Assembly (NCBI GenBank): GCA_951406725.2
Contig: OX597816.1
Span: 101,060,001 to 101,124,000, forward strand
DNA: 64,000 nt
Origin: Octopus vulgaris
Taxonomy: Eukaryota
Reading direction: 5' to 3'
The notes below the pieces were generated by a model. The model ran no database searches. It saw only the letters and a program-made list of their open reading frames with translations, and had not been told where the DNA came from. The stretch's first letter is position 1; every line of letters begins with the position of its first letter. The translations under genes and the position numbers were made by a program. This document shows positions 26,730-40,030 of the stretch, one piece after another.

Positions 26730-28198
26730 TGTGTGTGTGTCTGTGTGTGTGCGTGTGCGTGTGCGTTTATCTAACTCTCCAAACGTATGCACAAATATAT
26801 GCAATAAATATTAATAAAGTTATATAAAATAACATACAAGATAAATTCTTGATTTATTGAAATTATTTTTCTTTTGAAAAAAGAATAAATAAATGCCTTG
26901 TAGCAATAGTAACCAACTCCAACTGAAAAGGGAAGATAATCTCAGGAATCAAGAATTCAACAAAATGTTCATACTACTAAAGAAAAACGTCAGGTTACTG
27001 GAGACGAAGAAGTATGTAGATATATGCTTCTACTGCAATGTACATCATCAACATTGTTCTCCTACCTTGAATCCAGCAGATGAGAGAGTGAAACATATTA
27101 AAAAAATGTGGTGTGTTTCTATGCACAACTTTTTTACATATGCTTAAATATCTATGTTAAGTGTAAGTTAAGCATATCTTTGAGTATCTATGTAATTTAT
27201 CATTGTATAAAAACATTCAATCACATTTATGCACACCCAAACACACACACACACACACACACACATACATACACACATATGACACATACATACTCCACCC
27301 CATAATTAGTCTTAGGGAGGTACATTTTTTAATCAAACTTTTCCCAAAAATTATAAATGTATGAATGCACGACCTGGTGAATTTCGCCTTCAGTGGATTC
27401 TGTTCGTTCTGTTGACTATGGGGTATTCTTTTCAGCGGATGCTAAACGAGATTTTATTTTCAAGGACATTCTTTATAGTTAAAATTTTCATTTATTATAT
27501 CGTTGTTTTGTTTTCTTTTTTTTTCTCTGGTAGTTGTTTTATTTGTTAATTCGTTGTTTGCAATATGTTCCGTTAGCCATTATAACTATTGTCAATCTAT
27601 GCATCATTTTGTAGTTTTGAAATTGTCTACATTGCCATCGCGGTTCTGTCCCTAACATGTTTTTCTCGATTCAGTCCAGTCATTTCAAATCTTGCTTATT
27701 TAGAATCGCTAAAAGGTACTTTTGCTAGCTGTTATTTACATGCCATAAAAATATTCTCTTGAAATGGTTTCTTGTTTTGCTAGCTATAATTCAGTCATCA
27801 CACGTTACGATTTGATACTTTTCGTACCTGATTTTGTCTATATTTTATTCTATGCATTTATATAACCTGAATTAGCTAGCTCTTAAGGTTACAACTCTTT
27901 TTGCACGTACGTGCGTGTTATATAAGCCTATACACACATACACGTATGTCAGTAATATACAACGCTCGTAACCAGTAGTGGGAACGATAACTGTAGAGAA
28001 AAGAACCAATCGACTTAAGCATGTATAAATGAACCCCGAAAACCGAAAGAAAAACTGTTTTGCTTATAGCTTGCAGTGACGCGAAACTTGAGTTGCAAGA
28101 AGAGTGATTCAGTTTAAATAAATATTCAAACTTACGTCTCATGTCACTTCCCCCACACAGATAAAAAAAAGTGCACCCCATCATGAACGGGCAAAGTA

Positions 28199-28288
<90 letters not shown>

Positions 28289-28561
28289 GTGTATGTATGT
28301 ATGTATGTATGAAGAAGTGGTTTAATTAAAACTTGATTGCAAGTTTTATTCACTTATTATTTACTTACTCCCTTTTCTGAAGTTCGACACCCCACCAAAA
28401 TATTGCACCGGTGTGAGGCACGCCCCACCTTGGGAAACCCTACTCTAAAACATGTATCAACTACTTACGTCGTTTTTTACCCGATAAACATGAACGGACA
28501 CACACACACACACACACACATGCTGTTTCTTACAATAATGATGTAGATATCGTGGCTAGCA

Positions 28562-28610
<49 letters not shown>

Positions 28611-28821
28611 TGTTGTTGGTGTTGTTCTTGTTCTTGTTGCATTGTGATAATTGTAGCAGTTTGTTGATAACGATGCTGATACATTTGGCGTTTACAATTT
28701 GTTTATGATGTTAGTTGATAAGTTTGATCAGATATTTCAAGCGCTGCCTCTATGCTGGTGTTGTTGTTGTTATTGTTGCTGTTATTGTTGTTGTTGTTGT
28801 TGGGGTTGTTGTTGGGGTTGC

Positions 28822-28852
<31 letters not shown>

Positions 28853-29306
28853 AGTGCTGTTATTGCTGCTAGTGTTAATTATGATGTCGCTGTTGTAGGT
28901 ATTGAGAAAACTTCTACGCCATTATTCTGGTAACGTGACACGTCATCCTATAAGCTCTAATCCACATCAGCACCAATAGCTGCTTTTTTTCTCCCCTTTC
29001 TCCAACATCTTACACAACTGTTAACATCCTCAGGACGAGTCAACGCTTGCACTGCTAGATATAGTAGTCAAATCTACTTGCCTTCACACCAGCACCGTCT
29101 TACATAAGATATGACAATGAAATAATGCAATCTTATGTATCTCTACAAAGACGGTTCGGTCACGACTGGAATGTCGTTGATTATAGACCTGCTCAATCTG
29201 AATAGCAAGTCCAAGTACAAAATTTTAAGGAGTGTCTCAGATTAGTTTGTTCACTAATTTATATAACCACACGGGCTAGATCACACTGTAGTAGTAGTAG
29301 TAGTAA

Positions 29307-29349
<43 letters not shown>

Positions 29350-31094
29350 TGTTGTTGTTGTTGTTGTTGTTGTTGTTACTATCGTCGTTTAGCCTCAAGT
29401 CAATCCACTCGCATTGAGCAAACATAAACAGTCCGTTAACATGCTATGGACTACATTTTCCAATTATCAAACGTGTCCTTCCATTTTTCTAAGAAAGCAA
29501 AAGGGGACTATTGAGGATAATTTGGCTGCAATTTCTTTCAAGCTGATGGGACATATAGGGCCTTATCTTGTTAGTGTTTATAATTGTATGTCTGTAAGCT
29601 CATCTCACTTCAATGTCACTAGTAGTTATCCTTGCCCTCCAAACTTTTCATTACAAAGGTAAATTTAAGTATATTTAAATACGTATTAGTTATAATCCTG
29701 CTTTGTGTTCATTCACAAAAATGCCTCTACTTCTCACATCATCGAATATCTAAAGTAACGGTTAGACTAAGCTCTCTAGCGATGTCTAAAATAATATAAA
29801 CTTGTATAAACTCATATCTTGGTAGGTAAAACGCCATATTGAAGGTAAAAGGAATAGAGTTAAAATCAAAGGACTGTAATAAAATTATATAAATATCGAA
29901 TGCGATGGTCAGAAGCAAAGAGTTCAAGTGCTTAAAAAAAAAAACATAGTAAAGCACATGCGAGGGTGAGAAATAGCAATATATAATATATCAATATATT
30001 AATCATTCGATGGCAAACGTTTCGAAGTTAACTTTGGAGGCTTACAGTTCAAGTCCGATTTGTCTTGAAACAAGATAAATGTACGGGATAGAATTATGCA
30101 TGCTTACATGAGCATATATTCTGGATTGCATTTATTTGTCCATATTCGTTCTTTTATTTTGACTGGCCTATATTTACGGCTTTAAGTTTCTTTTTCTTGC
30201 TTTTTTTTTTCCTTTGTATCCTTCTGTTATAATACTTCAGATCTTAATCTAATTTCGCTATCTACTCGCTTCTACTTCCCCTATGTATTATAATTGTTCT
30301 TACATATTCGATACAAATTGCCAATTGTAACTAATAATATATTTTAAGTGAAATCCCCTCTTTACCTTATCTTTTTCTTATTCCTCTTTTTCTTTTTTTT
30401 CTTTTCTGTGATTTCGCATTTGTTTATTTATTCATTTATGCAAAATTATCGGAAGCGTAATTATAGACAATTTTATTAAACAATATCCATTTTTCTGCAA
30501 GTTATGAGGAAACAGAGTGGATGGGACACCCTTGCGTATGTGTGCTCATTGCTTTAACATAAGTTTCTTCTATTAGAATTTTTCAAAAGGATACATGTTT
30601 ATTATAGACTTCCGGTAACGCATGCGAATTGATATACAATAATCAGCGGGAGCGGAGTGTTCATCATCGGACTGCAGTTTTTGCGTATTGTATAATACGG
30701 TAGCTGATCGGCGAACAAACAAAACACATGCAGTGAGTATCTGCGGTCGATAATGTTTACAAGACTAAAGCTGCTTTTAATTCGTTATCGAATTTAATTT
30801 TACGTAATTTTACAGTACTTATGTATAGTCGTAGACTGGCAATTTGATTCGTCCCCTGATCGATTCAGGTACGCTATATGGATAAGCCACATAAATGGCG
30901 AAATATTGGAATCCATCACTCCTAAAATAGATTGGAGGTGAGATGTGTCGCCTGTATATGATTTTTAGGTGTTTTAACACCCAGAGTAATGAGGGAGTTT
31001 TGGCCCAGGGTATTATACGACACCGAACCGACGAACAACAAAAAGTATGTCTGGTCGATAATGTTTACACCACTAGAACTGCTTTTAATTCGTT

Positions 31095-31170
<76 letters not shown>

Positions 31171-31172
<2 letters not shown>

Positions 31173-31345
31173 CGCAGGAGTGGTTATGTAGTAAGAAGCG
31201 TTCTTCCCAACAACATGGTTCCGGGTTCAGTCCCACTGTGTGGCACATAGAGCAAGTGTCTTCTACTATGGCCTCGGGCCGACCAAAGCCTTGTGAGTGG
31301 CTCAGGTTGACGGAAACTGAATATATGTGTCATATCTATATATGC

Positions 31346-31397
<52 letters not shown>

Positions 31398-31590
31398 ATG
31401 AGTGTGTGTGTGTGTTTTTGTGCCTGTGTCTGTCCCCCACCACCGCTTGAAAACCGGTGCTAGTGTATAATTTCGTCCCCGTAACTTTAGCGGTTCGATA
31501 GAGTAAGTACTGAAAAAAATAAGTACTGGGATGCACTTAGCATGGCCGCCGTCAAATGACTGAAGCAAGCAAAATATAAAAGATAAAATA
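31171..31590 (+). mobile_element. SINE family A
   Basis: ggcgcaggagtgg..ggttccgggttcagtcccact head (B-box-like); 3' catggccgccgtcaaatgactgaa. Confidence 0.9.
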
Positions 31591-31975
31591 TAATATATAT
31601 ACATACCCAAAATGCCCAACATTTGTAATTTACTAACATTATGCTGAGATAAAGTAAAGTATTCACATTTCTCTTTCTCATCATTTGCTTTTCCCGCCAT
31701 CTATCTGTCAATCTATCTTATTTTCTATCTTTCTTCCTTTCTTTCTTTCTTAATATACCGGCTCCGAATTGTTATTAATATTCCTGCTGCTGCATGGGTG
31801 GCATATAATCCACATTAATCCACTCACAATAATCCGATCGCTCACCGCCCATCAATAATTCAGCTATCATTTCGTTAAAAAGTTGGGTATCACTTGTGTG
31901 ATTGATTGGTTGCTTGTTGCTAAATATATTCATGGCAATTATAGCAAATTAAACATACGTACGCATATATATTAA

Positions 31976-32388
31976 CTTTTTTTTACTTGTTTCAGTCATT
32001 TGATTGCGGCCATGCTGTGGCACCACCTTGAAGGGTTTTATTCAATGAATCGACCTTAAGACCTTCTTTTTTTCTTTTTGAAGCCTGGTACTTATTCTAT
32101 CGGGTCCTTTTGCCGAACCGCTAGGTTACGAGAACGTAAATGCAGCAATACCGGGTGTCAAGCGTTGTTGAAGGGTCAAACACAGACAGACAGACACACG
32201 CACACTCACACACACACACATACAACTGGCTTCTTCTTACAGTTTCCGTCCACCAAATCCACTCACAAGTCTTTGGTTGGCCCGAAGCTATAGCAGAAGA
32301 CGTTTGTCCACTGTGTCACGCAGTGGGTCTGAACCCGAAACCTTGTAATTGGGAAGTAAGCTTCTTACTCCACAGCTACGCCTGCGCC
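31976..32388 (-). mobile_element. SINE family A, inverted relative to the 31171 copy
   Basis: Reverse-complement match from the tail to cctgcgcc. Confidence 0.9.
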
Positions 32389-32861
32389 TATATACAGCCA
32401 CACCTGCGCCTACGACTCTTTCAATTCCTGAAATGAATATTATTCTATACCCAGTATCAAGTTCCCATTTCCCACCGTCATAACCACTCCGAAATGCTTG
32501 AGAGTACGATATTATATTTCCTGTATCTATATTTTTATGGTCCATGTCCCTACAACTCAAGCCAACGAGGGAGTTTCTACTTGATCGCTTCATCTGCTAG
32601 AAATGGTAGTCAAATCGCCCACAAGCTGCACCCTACAATCGTAGGAAAGGAAAGGACATATTGGGTAATGTGGTTCCACTTGAAGCTTTTCTACAAATCC
32701 ATTGAAAGAGGGGACAATCATAGCTGGAGTCTTTGATTATTGGTCTACTCAATCAAGATTGTTGGAGGTGTAAACCACCACCACCACCACCACTACCACT
32801 ACTACCACTACTACCACCACCACCACCAACATTACAATTACTACTACTACTGCTGCTGCTG

Positions 32862-32935
<74 letters not shown>

Positions 32936-33132
32936 GCTACTACATAACTTGTTTTGAAAACGTTGTGCATATTTTTGACAAAGAATAATTTTAACCCAAG
33001 GAGTTAGGTCAGTGAAATTTCGAAATTCCTCAATCAGAATAATAGTTAAAACTATCTTAACATGCTTCTCTTCAACTGAAACGTTTTAACGACTGAATGA
33101 AACACACACACGCATGCACATGCACACACACA

Positions 33133-33171
<39 letters not shown>

Positions 33172-33232
33172 GCCTAGATATCTGCCTCGATTTTTTTAAA
33201 AAGAAAGTTCTATAAAATATTTGTTATATATT

Positions 33233-33292
<60 letters not shown>

Positions 33293-34061
33293 AATATGCG
33301 TATGTGTGTGAGTGTATGTATGTGTATACATACATATGTACACACACACACATATACGTATATATACGTATAATTTTCCCCATCATATATAGTTCCTGTG
33401 GATGTTAAGTAAAAATCTTGTTCATTAGCGCAAGCGTAACCTAAATTCACTTAACAAAAACAACAGTCTATCCTTTATTAACACCATTATTGACAGTACC
33501 TCCTTCAAAGCTGTTCTGTGTTAGCAACAAAGAACGACACTGCATGACATTATGCCACCGAGAAGCGAGCCGAGACATGAAAAAGTTACACTGGTTTAGT
33601 AATAGTATAGAAGTCATTCTGACACGAAAAAATATGTCAAGCTGTCTAATTATAAATTAGTACAGTAGCAATGATACACTCTTGCTTCTCCTCAAACATT
33701 AATAACTGTACATATCTGTATAGACATTAGCAAATTCTAGAAAGTAAAAATAAAATTTGTAAATATTTCTAATCTATTTCCTGATGAAATTCTTCAGCGG
33801 AGAATTTTTCTAATTTAAGTATATGGATTAAAACTTTAATTATTTTCAGATGTCATGCGGGAAATTTTATATGTAGCTTTTTTTTAAAATAGGGGCCCGG
33901 GGAACTAGAAGAAAAAGTCCATGTGTCCTGCAATCAGAAAAGGATTGTGTACGCAGCCTAAACACTTAGCTTTCAATGCATTAGGCAAAATAAGTATAAG
34001 TAGGTCCAAAAGTAAGCATGCACTGCATATATATATATATATATGTATGTATATATATTAA

Positions 34062-34268
34062 GGCGGCGAGAATCGTTAGCACGCTGGGCAAAATGTTTAG
34101 CGGCATTTCGTCCGTCCTTGCGTTCTGAGATCAAATTCCGCCGAGATCGACTTTGCCTTTCATCCTTTCGGGGTCGATGAATTACGTACCAATAGAGCAC
34201 TGGGGTGGATGTAATCGACTAGCCCCATCCCCACAAGTTTCAGGCCTTGTGCTTATAGCAGAGGATAT
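34062..34268 (+). mobile_element. SINE family B, well preserved
   Basis: ggcggcgag..aatcgttagc..gagatcaaattcc (B-box-like)..cctttcatcctttcggggtcgat..caggccttgtgc. Confidence 0.9.
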
Positions 34269-34669
34269 GCATTAAATATTATCAGTTGGTCTTATTCCAT
34301 GCTAATAGCGATCGGTATAGTCATGAACAAGAGCGACGACGTTCATACTGCGTTGTTCTGCTCACAGAAACAACAAAGCGCCTGCCATACAATCTGTACT
34401 AAGCCAATAGATATATATGAGATAGGAGTTTACATGGATAATGGGATAATTTATAAGAGGATAATTAACTCTGGTTGAGAAGAACGTGATAGTTCAGTAA
34501 GTACTTCTGTCTATAATAATAACCACTTTCTTGACACCATAAACTTTTCACTTCATGCTTGCATTAGAAATAAAAATATCAATGCCACAACACCAAATAC
34601 TACTACTACTACTACTGTTGATGATGATGATGATAATGATGATGATGAAGCTATCGTAAATGAAAAATT

Positions 34670-35566
34670 AAGGAAAATTATCCTACATGGGCCAGCGATC
34701 TTGATGCTGATACAAATATGATACCGTTGTATGTCTGCATCTGGACATGAATCAGAAACAGAGGCTGTACAGGATTACGTGTGACTACTAGAAATTTGCA
34801 AGACAACATTCTTGAAAAGTGTGTTTATCCTAAGTATCACTTTTGTGATATATCCAAAGAAAGAATTGATCACCTCGTCTTTGGCTGCTGTATATTAGCC
34901 TCAAATGAATATGCTAATCGCCATGACAGATTTGGTCATTACAAATGCATTGGGTCACGTATCGTCAGTTTGGACGCTGCCAAAATAGTTGAAAATAAGA
35001 CATAACCGGTTCTTTTTTTCACTTTATTATTCAAACTGATTGTGCTACCCAGGTCAACAGTCCAAATATTGTGATGAAAATTCATAGCAACAAAACGTTT
35101 GCTCGTAGATGTGTCAATCCTAACAGATGTCAATCGCTCTATGAAAACGTTTGAAAGGTTAAGTAAATGCAAGGACCCTGCAAAAGGTTTCAAAAATGTG
35201 ATATTTAAGAGCGACAATGTACTGGAGCTGTGGAAAAATAAGAAACATCATAGTCAAATATCAGGAAACCACAAAGAATCCAGAACTATAATTTTTTTTC
35301 TTATGAGTACAACACGCACCTCCGAGAAAAATAGTGTCAACCGGAACAAATTAGAATTTGATTAAATTTTTGAAAATCGCAAATATCACAACAAACTTTT
35401 AACGAAATCGTAATTCTCAGTAATTGGTCTTTTATCCCTGCAATGTATCATTGCTACTCATAAATAACAATTGCAGTAAAATGTACAGCATACTGTCTTT
35501 TTCTTGAGGTCTTTGGAAGAAACTTGGAACAGCTCGTATAAAGCAAGGGAGCAGCAACAATAAAAC

Positions 35567-35650
<84 letters not shown>
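34670..35650 (+). mobile_element. Older R4/Dong LINE 3' fragment with (TAA)n tail
   Basis: ERIDHLVFGCCILASNEYANRHDRFG (CCHC/RHD region) and LVDVSILTD.N...K.FE.LSKCKD (RLE region). Confidence 0.75.
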
Positions 35651-35702
35651 CACAGCAATAATAGCTGCGCTCGGTAGTAAGTGAAAGCACGCTATAAAAA
35701 TA

Positions 35703-35733
<31 letters not shown>

Positions 35734-35756
35734 GATAATAATAATAGTAATAGTAA

Positions 35757-35964
35757 TTCTTTCTACTATAGGCACAAGGCCTGAAATTATGGAAGTGTGC
35801 GTGTGGGGGGGGTCTAGTTGATCACAACAACCCCAGTACGCAGCTCGTACTTCTTTTACCAACCCCTAAAGATTGAATGACAAAATCGAACTCAGAACGT
35901 AAAGCCGGACGAAATGCTGTTAAGCATTTTGCCTTCGTGCTAACGATTCTATCGGCTCACCGCC
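35757..35964 (-). mobile_element. SINE family B
   Basis: ttctttctactataggcacaaggcctgaaatt...gctaacgattct..ctcaccgcc. Confidence 0.85.
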
Positions 35965-35966
35965 TA

Positions 35967-36148
<182 letters not shown>

Positions 36149-36196
36149 TAATAATAATAATAATAAATAATATAATAATTATTATTATAATAATAA

Positions 36197-36299
36197 TAAA
36201 TGTGAATAAAAAGAATACTAGCTTAACGCCTAACGTAATTTAATTACATCTTTTTACGCCGAATCAACAAGGAAGCCTGCACGTTGTCGCTCAGCCTGC

Positions 36300-36342
<43 letters not shown>

Positions 36343-36348
36343 GTAGTA

Positions 36349-36426
<78 letters not shown>

Positions 36427-36429
36427 GTA

Positions 36430-36489
<60 letters not shown>

Positions 36490-36586
36490 GTGATAAAAAG
36501 AATACTAGCTTAACGCCTTATAATTTAATTACATCTTTTTACGCCGAATCAACAAGGAAGCCTGCACGTTGTCGCTCAGCTTGCAA
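36197..36586 (+). repeat. About 100-bp near-identical direct repeat separated by a (TAA)n tract
   Basis: aaatgtga.taaaa.gaatactagcttaacgcct...gttgtcgctcagc.tgca at 36197-36301 and 36485-36586. Confidence 0.93.
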
Positions 36587-38510
36587 GAAAAATACGATCA
36601 AATTTATCTTAAATCACAGCTGACCATGACAACTGAATTCCAAATAAGACTATTTTACATGATGTTTGAATAAAGCCAAGAAAAGAAAAAGTAAAAATGG
36701 CTGGAAAGCAGGTTTGTCATAGTTAGAACGTTTTCGATTCAGGGTTTATCTGCTCAGTGAAGTCTGACTTAGCTTGAAACGTCTTTTCAAGTCCTGACTT
36801 CAAAATCCCCACGAGTTTGACTTTGATACTTCTCTCATAAAATTTTCCTCTTATTGTTTAACTTTGAAGTAGCAGCAGCAGTAGCAACAGCAGCAGTGTC
36901 AGTAGCAGTAGTAGCAACAGTAGTTACGGTAGCAATAGCAGCAATTGTTGATGCTGTTGTTGTTAAGTTGCAGCGATAACAACATCAAAATAAACGCATC
37001 AATACACCTTACTTTGATGCAACTGCTTTACTGTGACCGCACAGGTACTTTTAGTTTCAGCATGTGCAATAGTGCTGTTAACCTTCTACCTATCTTTGCT
37101 TTCTCCGATCGGCGCCCCCCAACGCCGCTACTACCGGTAATTTTAACCGAGTAAGCAATAGTAATAAGTTGATCCTCGCTACTTATGGTAGCACAATGGA
37201 TGGTGATGCTATTATGTATAATCACTTGCACAGTATGTTTCCAATGTCAGCCTGGCGGCTAAAGGTCAACGTTTTATGACATATCTACAGCAACATCAGG
37301 AGTTTTAATACGTAGAAACAACTCCAAGTACAAAAAGCAGTTCCTTCTCAGTATGAAGATCCTAGAGTGGACATAACTACAAGACTACTTACATCATTTA
37401 GACTGACTGTTTATCAAGTTCGCATGCATGAAATTTCATTCCGGTGGGATTTGAACACAGACTATGAAAAAAAAAAAGTGATCAAATACCGCAAAGCATT
37501 TTGTCTGACACTGTCATTTCTTCCATCTATTTCCGTTAAGTGGGTTAAATAGACCTTAAAACTTAGTAACAGCACCCACACTGAGAACAGTTAAACATCT
37601 GCTTCTATTATGGAGGTATATTTCTTACTCTGGAGACATCTCGTGGATTATGAACAAATAATTTCAAAGAGAAAGACAAATTAAACAGTACACACAACTC
37701 TAGCATCATGACTAACTTCAATATAAGAGACTATTCCTGCACTGAGACCATATTCAAAGCAAGGCACAGTTTCAGCCAGAGAAACAAGTTGAGCCTAGTG
37801 GACAACTGTTCTATTTCGAAATGGATGCAAAATTGTAATGGCATTATTTTTTTTTTTTTTACGCTTTCTTTTTTCTTGTTCGTTTCTTGTTATACTTTTT
37901 TCTTCTAATCATCGCAATAGCATGGAACGGAAAGGATAAGATTTCGAAAGTAAACAAGTGTTTGTAATATACAAAGAATCAACACAATTTCCTATAATTC
38001 TATGGTCAAGGTCAGAAAACAATGTAATAAACTGCCTAAATCTCAGATTTGTCAAAGAATCGAAAAGAGGCGGAGCAGTTAATGACTTTTGCGTTTAACT
38101 AAAAACAAATAAATATGCTCGCTTGATGAAAACTGCACTAATACAACTAATTGTTGAAAATTGTATAATTTTTAATTAGTTGAATTATTTTACTACGAGT
38201 AAAAATGTAATTGGTCTCCAAGACAACGAAAAAAGCTAAAAGTGAACTGGACAAATTGCTTTGATCATGCTTCAATGAAATAAGGGTAATACACACGGAA
38301 TTTTCCCGGATTTTGCAGTTCCTTCATTTCAATTCCTTTCACATTCAATACCATAGGTTGACGAAATTTCATTCTCTCCATTGTCTTTTTGACACGAATT
38401 ATACTGCACACATGTACGAATATTGGAATGTTTTAATTTCAGATAATATGTGTGCATGTTGCTTTCCGATCATCAATTGTTGTTTACGAGTGAAAATTAT
38501 ATATATATAT

Positions 38511-38738
38511 TCTTTTATTCTTTTACCTGTTTCAGTCATTTTACTGCGGCCATACTGGAGCACCGCCTTTAGTCGAACAAATAGACCCCAAGACTTATTC
38601 TTTGTAAGCCTAGCACTTATTCTATCGTTCTCTTTTGCCGAACCGCAAAGTTACGGAGACTTAACTCACCAACATCGGTGGTCAAGCGATGGTGGGGAGA
38701 CAAACACAGATACATAAATACACACACACACACACACA
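38511..38738 (-). mobile_element. Partial SINE family A
   Basis: tgtttcagtcattttactgcggccatactggagcaccgcc...ggtcaagcgatggtgggg. Confidence 0.85.
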
Positions 38739-39499
38739 AATGAATTCACTAGTATATCTGTTGAATTTAACAAACGTTTCATTAGGTAAAAGTTTTTCAC
38801 TTTTGTATTTCTGTCCTACAGATAGAGTTCTCCAATTCAAATGTCTATAAATTCCCATATGCCTAAGAATCACTAAGTCTATAAACAAAATCAAATGACC
38901 ACACGTAGAATAGACCTGCTACTCCCATGGGCAGATCTATGTTGGATGATGGATGATCCATCCCGTGATGAAAGAAGCTAAAACATTTTTCATATTACTG
39001 ATGCTATTGATGACCTGATGAAGCAACTCAATGATGAAAAAATCCAACTGTGATCATTGTTTACCCAGTGTTCAAGACCGTATTATTCACTGAATTTGTT
39101 TTAAGACGGTAGATTGTGATTTCAAGGAGACTGCTATTTCTAGCTATTCAAGTAACCAGCTTGATGCTCCTGCATTGGTTCAAGGCTCACAATTTTTTAA
39201 TTATTGATCAGGTGGAAAAAGTAAGAGCGTTGATTATTATGATGCCGTTCGCTGGAAATTATTACATTATGTTTTGTCAGAGGTAATAGCTTTTTAAACC
39301 ACGTATTTCTGTTTCAAAGAATACAAACGCTACATTTCAAGTAATACATTTATGTCACATTCAAAAATATCAATGGTCATTCTCGAGTCATAGCCTAATA
39401 TGACTGGATTCTCAGATTCTGTGGCGCATATATTCCCCTCCTGGACATATTGGTTAGGTCGTCTATTTCCCGATAAAATGTTGGCTGCACTGCTATATC

Positions 39500-39554
<55 letters not shown>

Positions 39555-39557
<3 letters not shown>

Positions 39558-40030
39558 AAAGCTATATGGTCAGAAGTTTGCTTCCCAACCACGTGATTCT
39601 GGGTTCAGTTCCACTACGTGGCATCCTGGGATAATATCTTCAACTATTGTGCCGGGTCGACCAAGCCCTGTGGCTGGATTTGGTAGATAAAAACTTAGAG
39701 GGTTGTCATGTGTCTGTGTGTGTGTGTGTGTGTGTGTGCGTGCGCGCGCGCGTTTGCGTGAGTGAGTGTACATGTATATGTAACTATGTACGTATTCATA
39801 TGTGTGTGTTTATGTTTGTCCCACCACTACCGCTTGACAACTGATGTCTATTTGTTTATATTCCTCTTAATTTAGCGGTCCGATGTAATAAGTATAAGGC
39901 TTAAAAGAAAAACGACTGGGGTCAACTTTTTTTACTAATTCTGTACTGGGGTCAACTTTTTTGACTAATTTCTTCAAGCCGGTGCCTTAGCATCCCCGCA
40001 GTCTAATGACTAAAGCCAGTAAATGACAAA
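39555..40030 (+). mobile_element. Decayed SINE family A with an internal 30-bp tandem duplication
   Basis: Head and tail motifs present; actggggtcaacttttt.t.actaatt occurs twice at 39913-39970. Confidence 0.8.

Noticed and set aside
33781-33810. CUGAUGA followed by an aauucu/agaauu hairpin (also CUGAUGA near 39015 and 59932)
   Set aside because: No correctly placed GAAA box or stems I and III.
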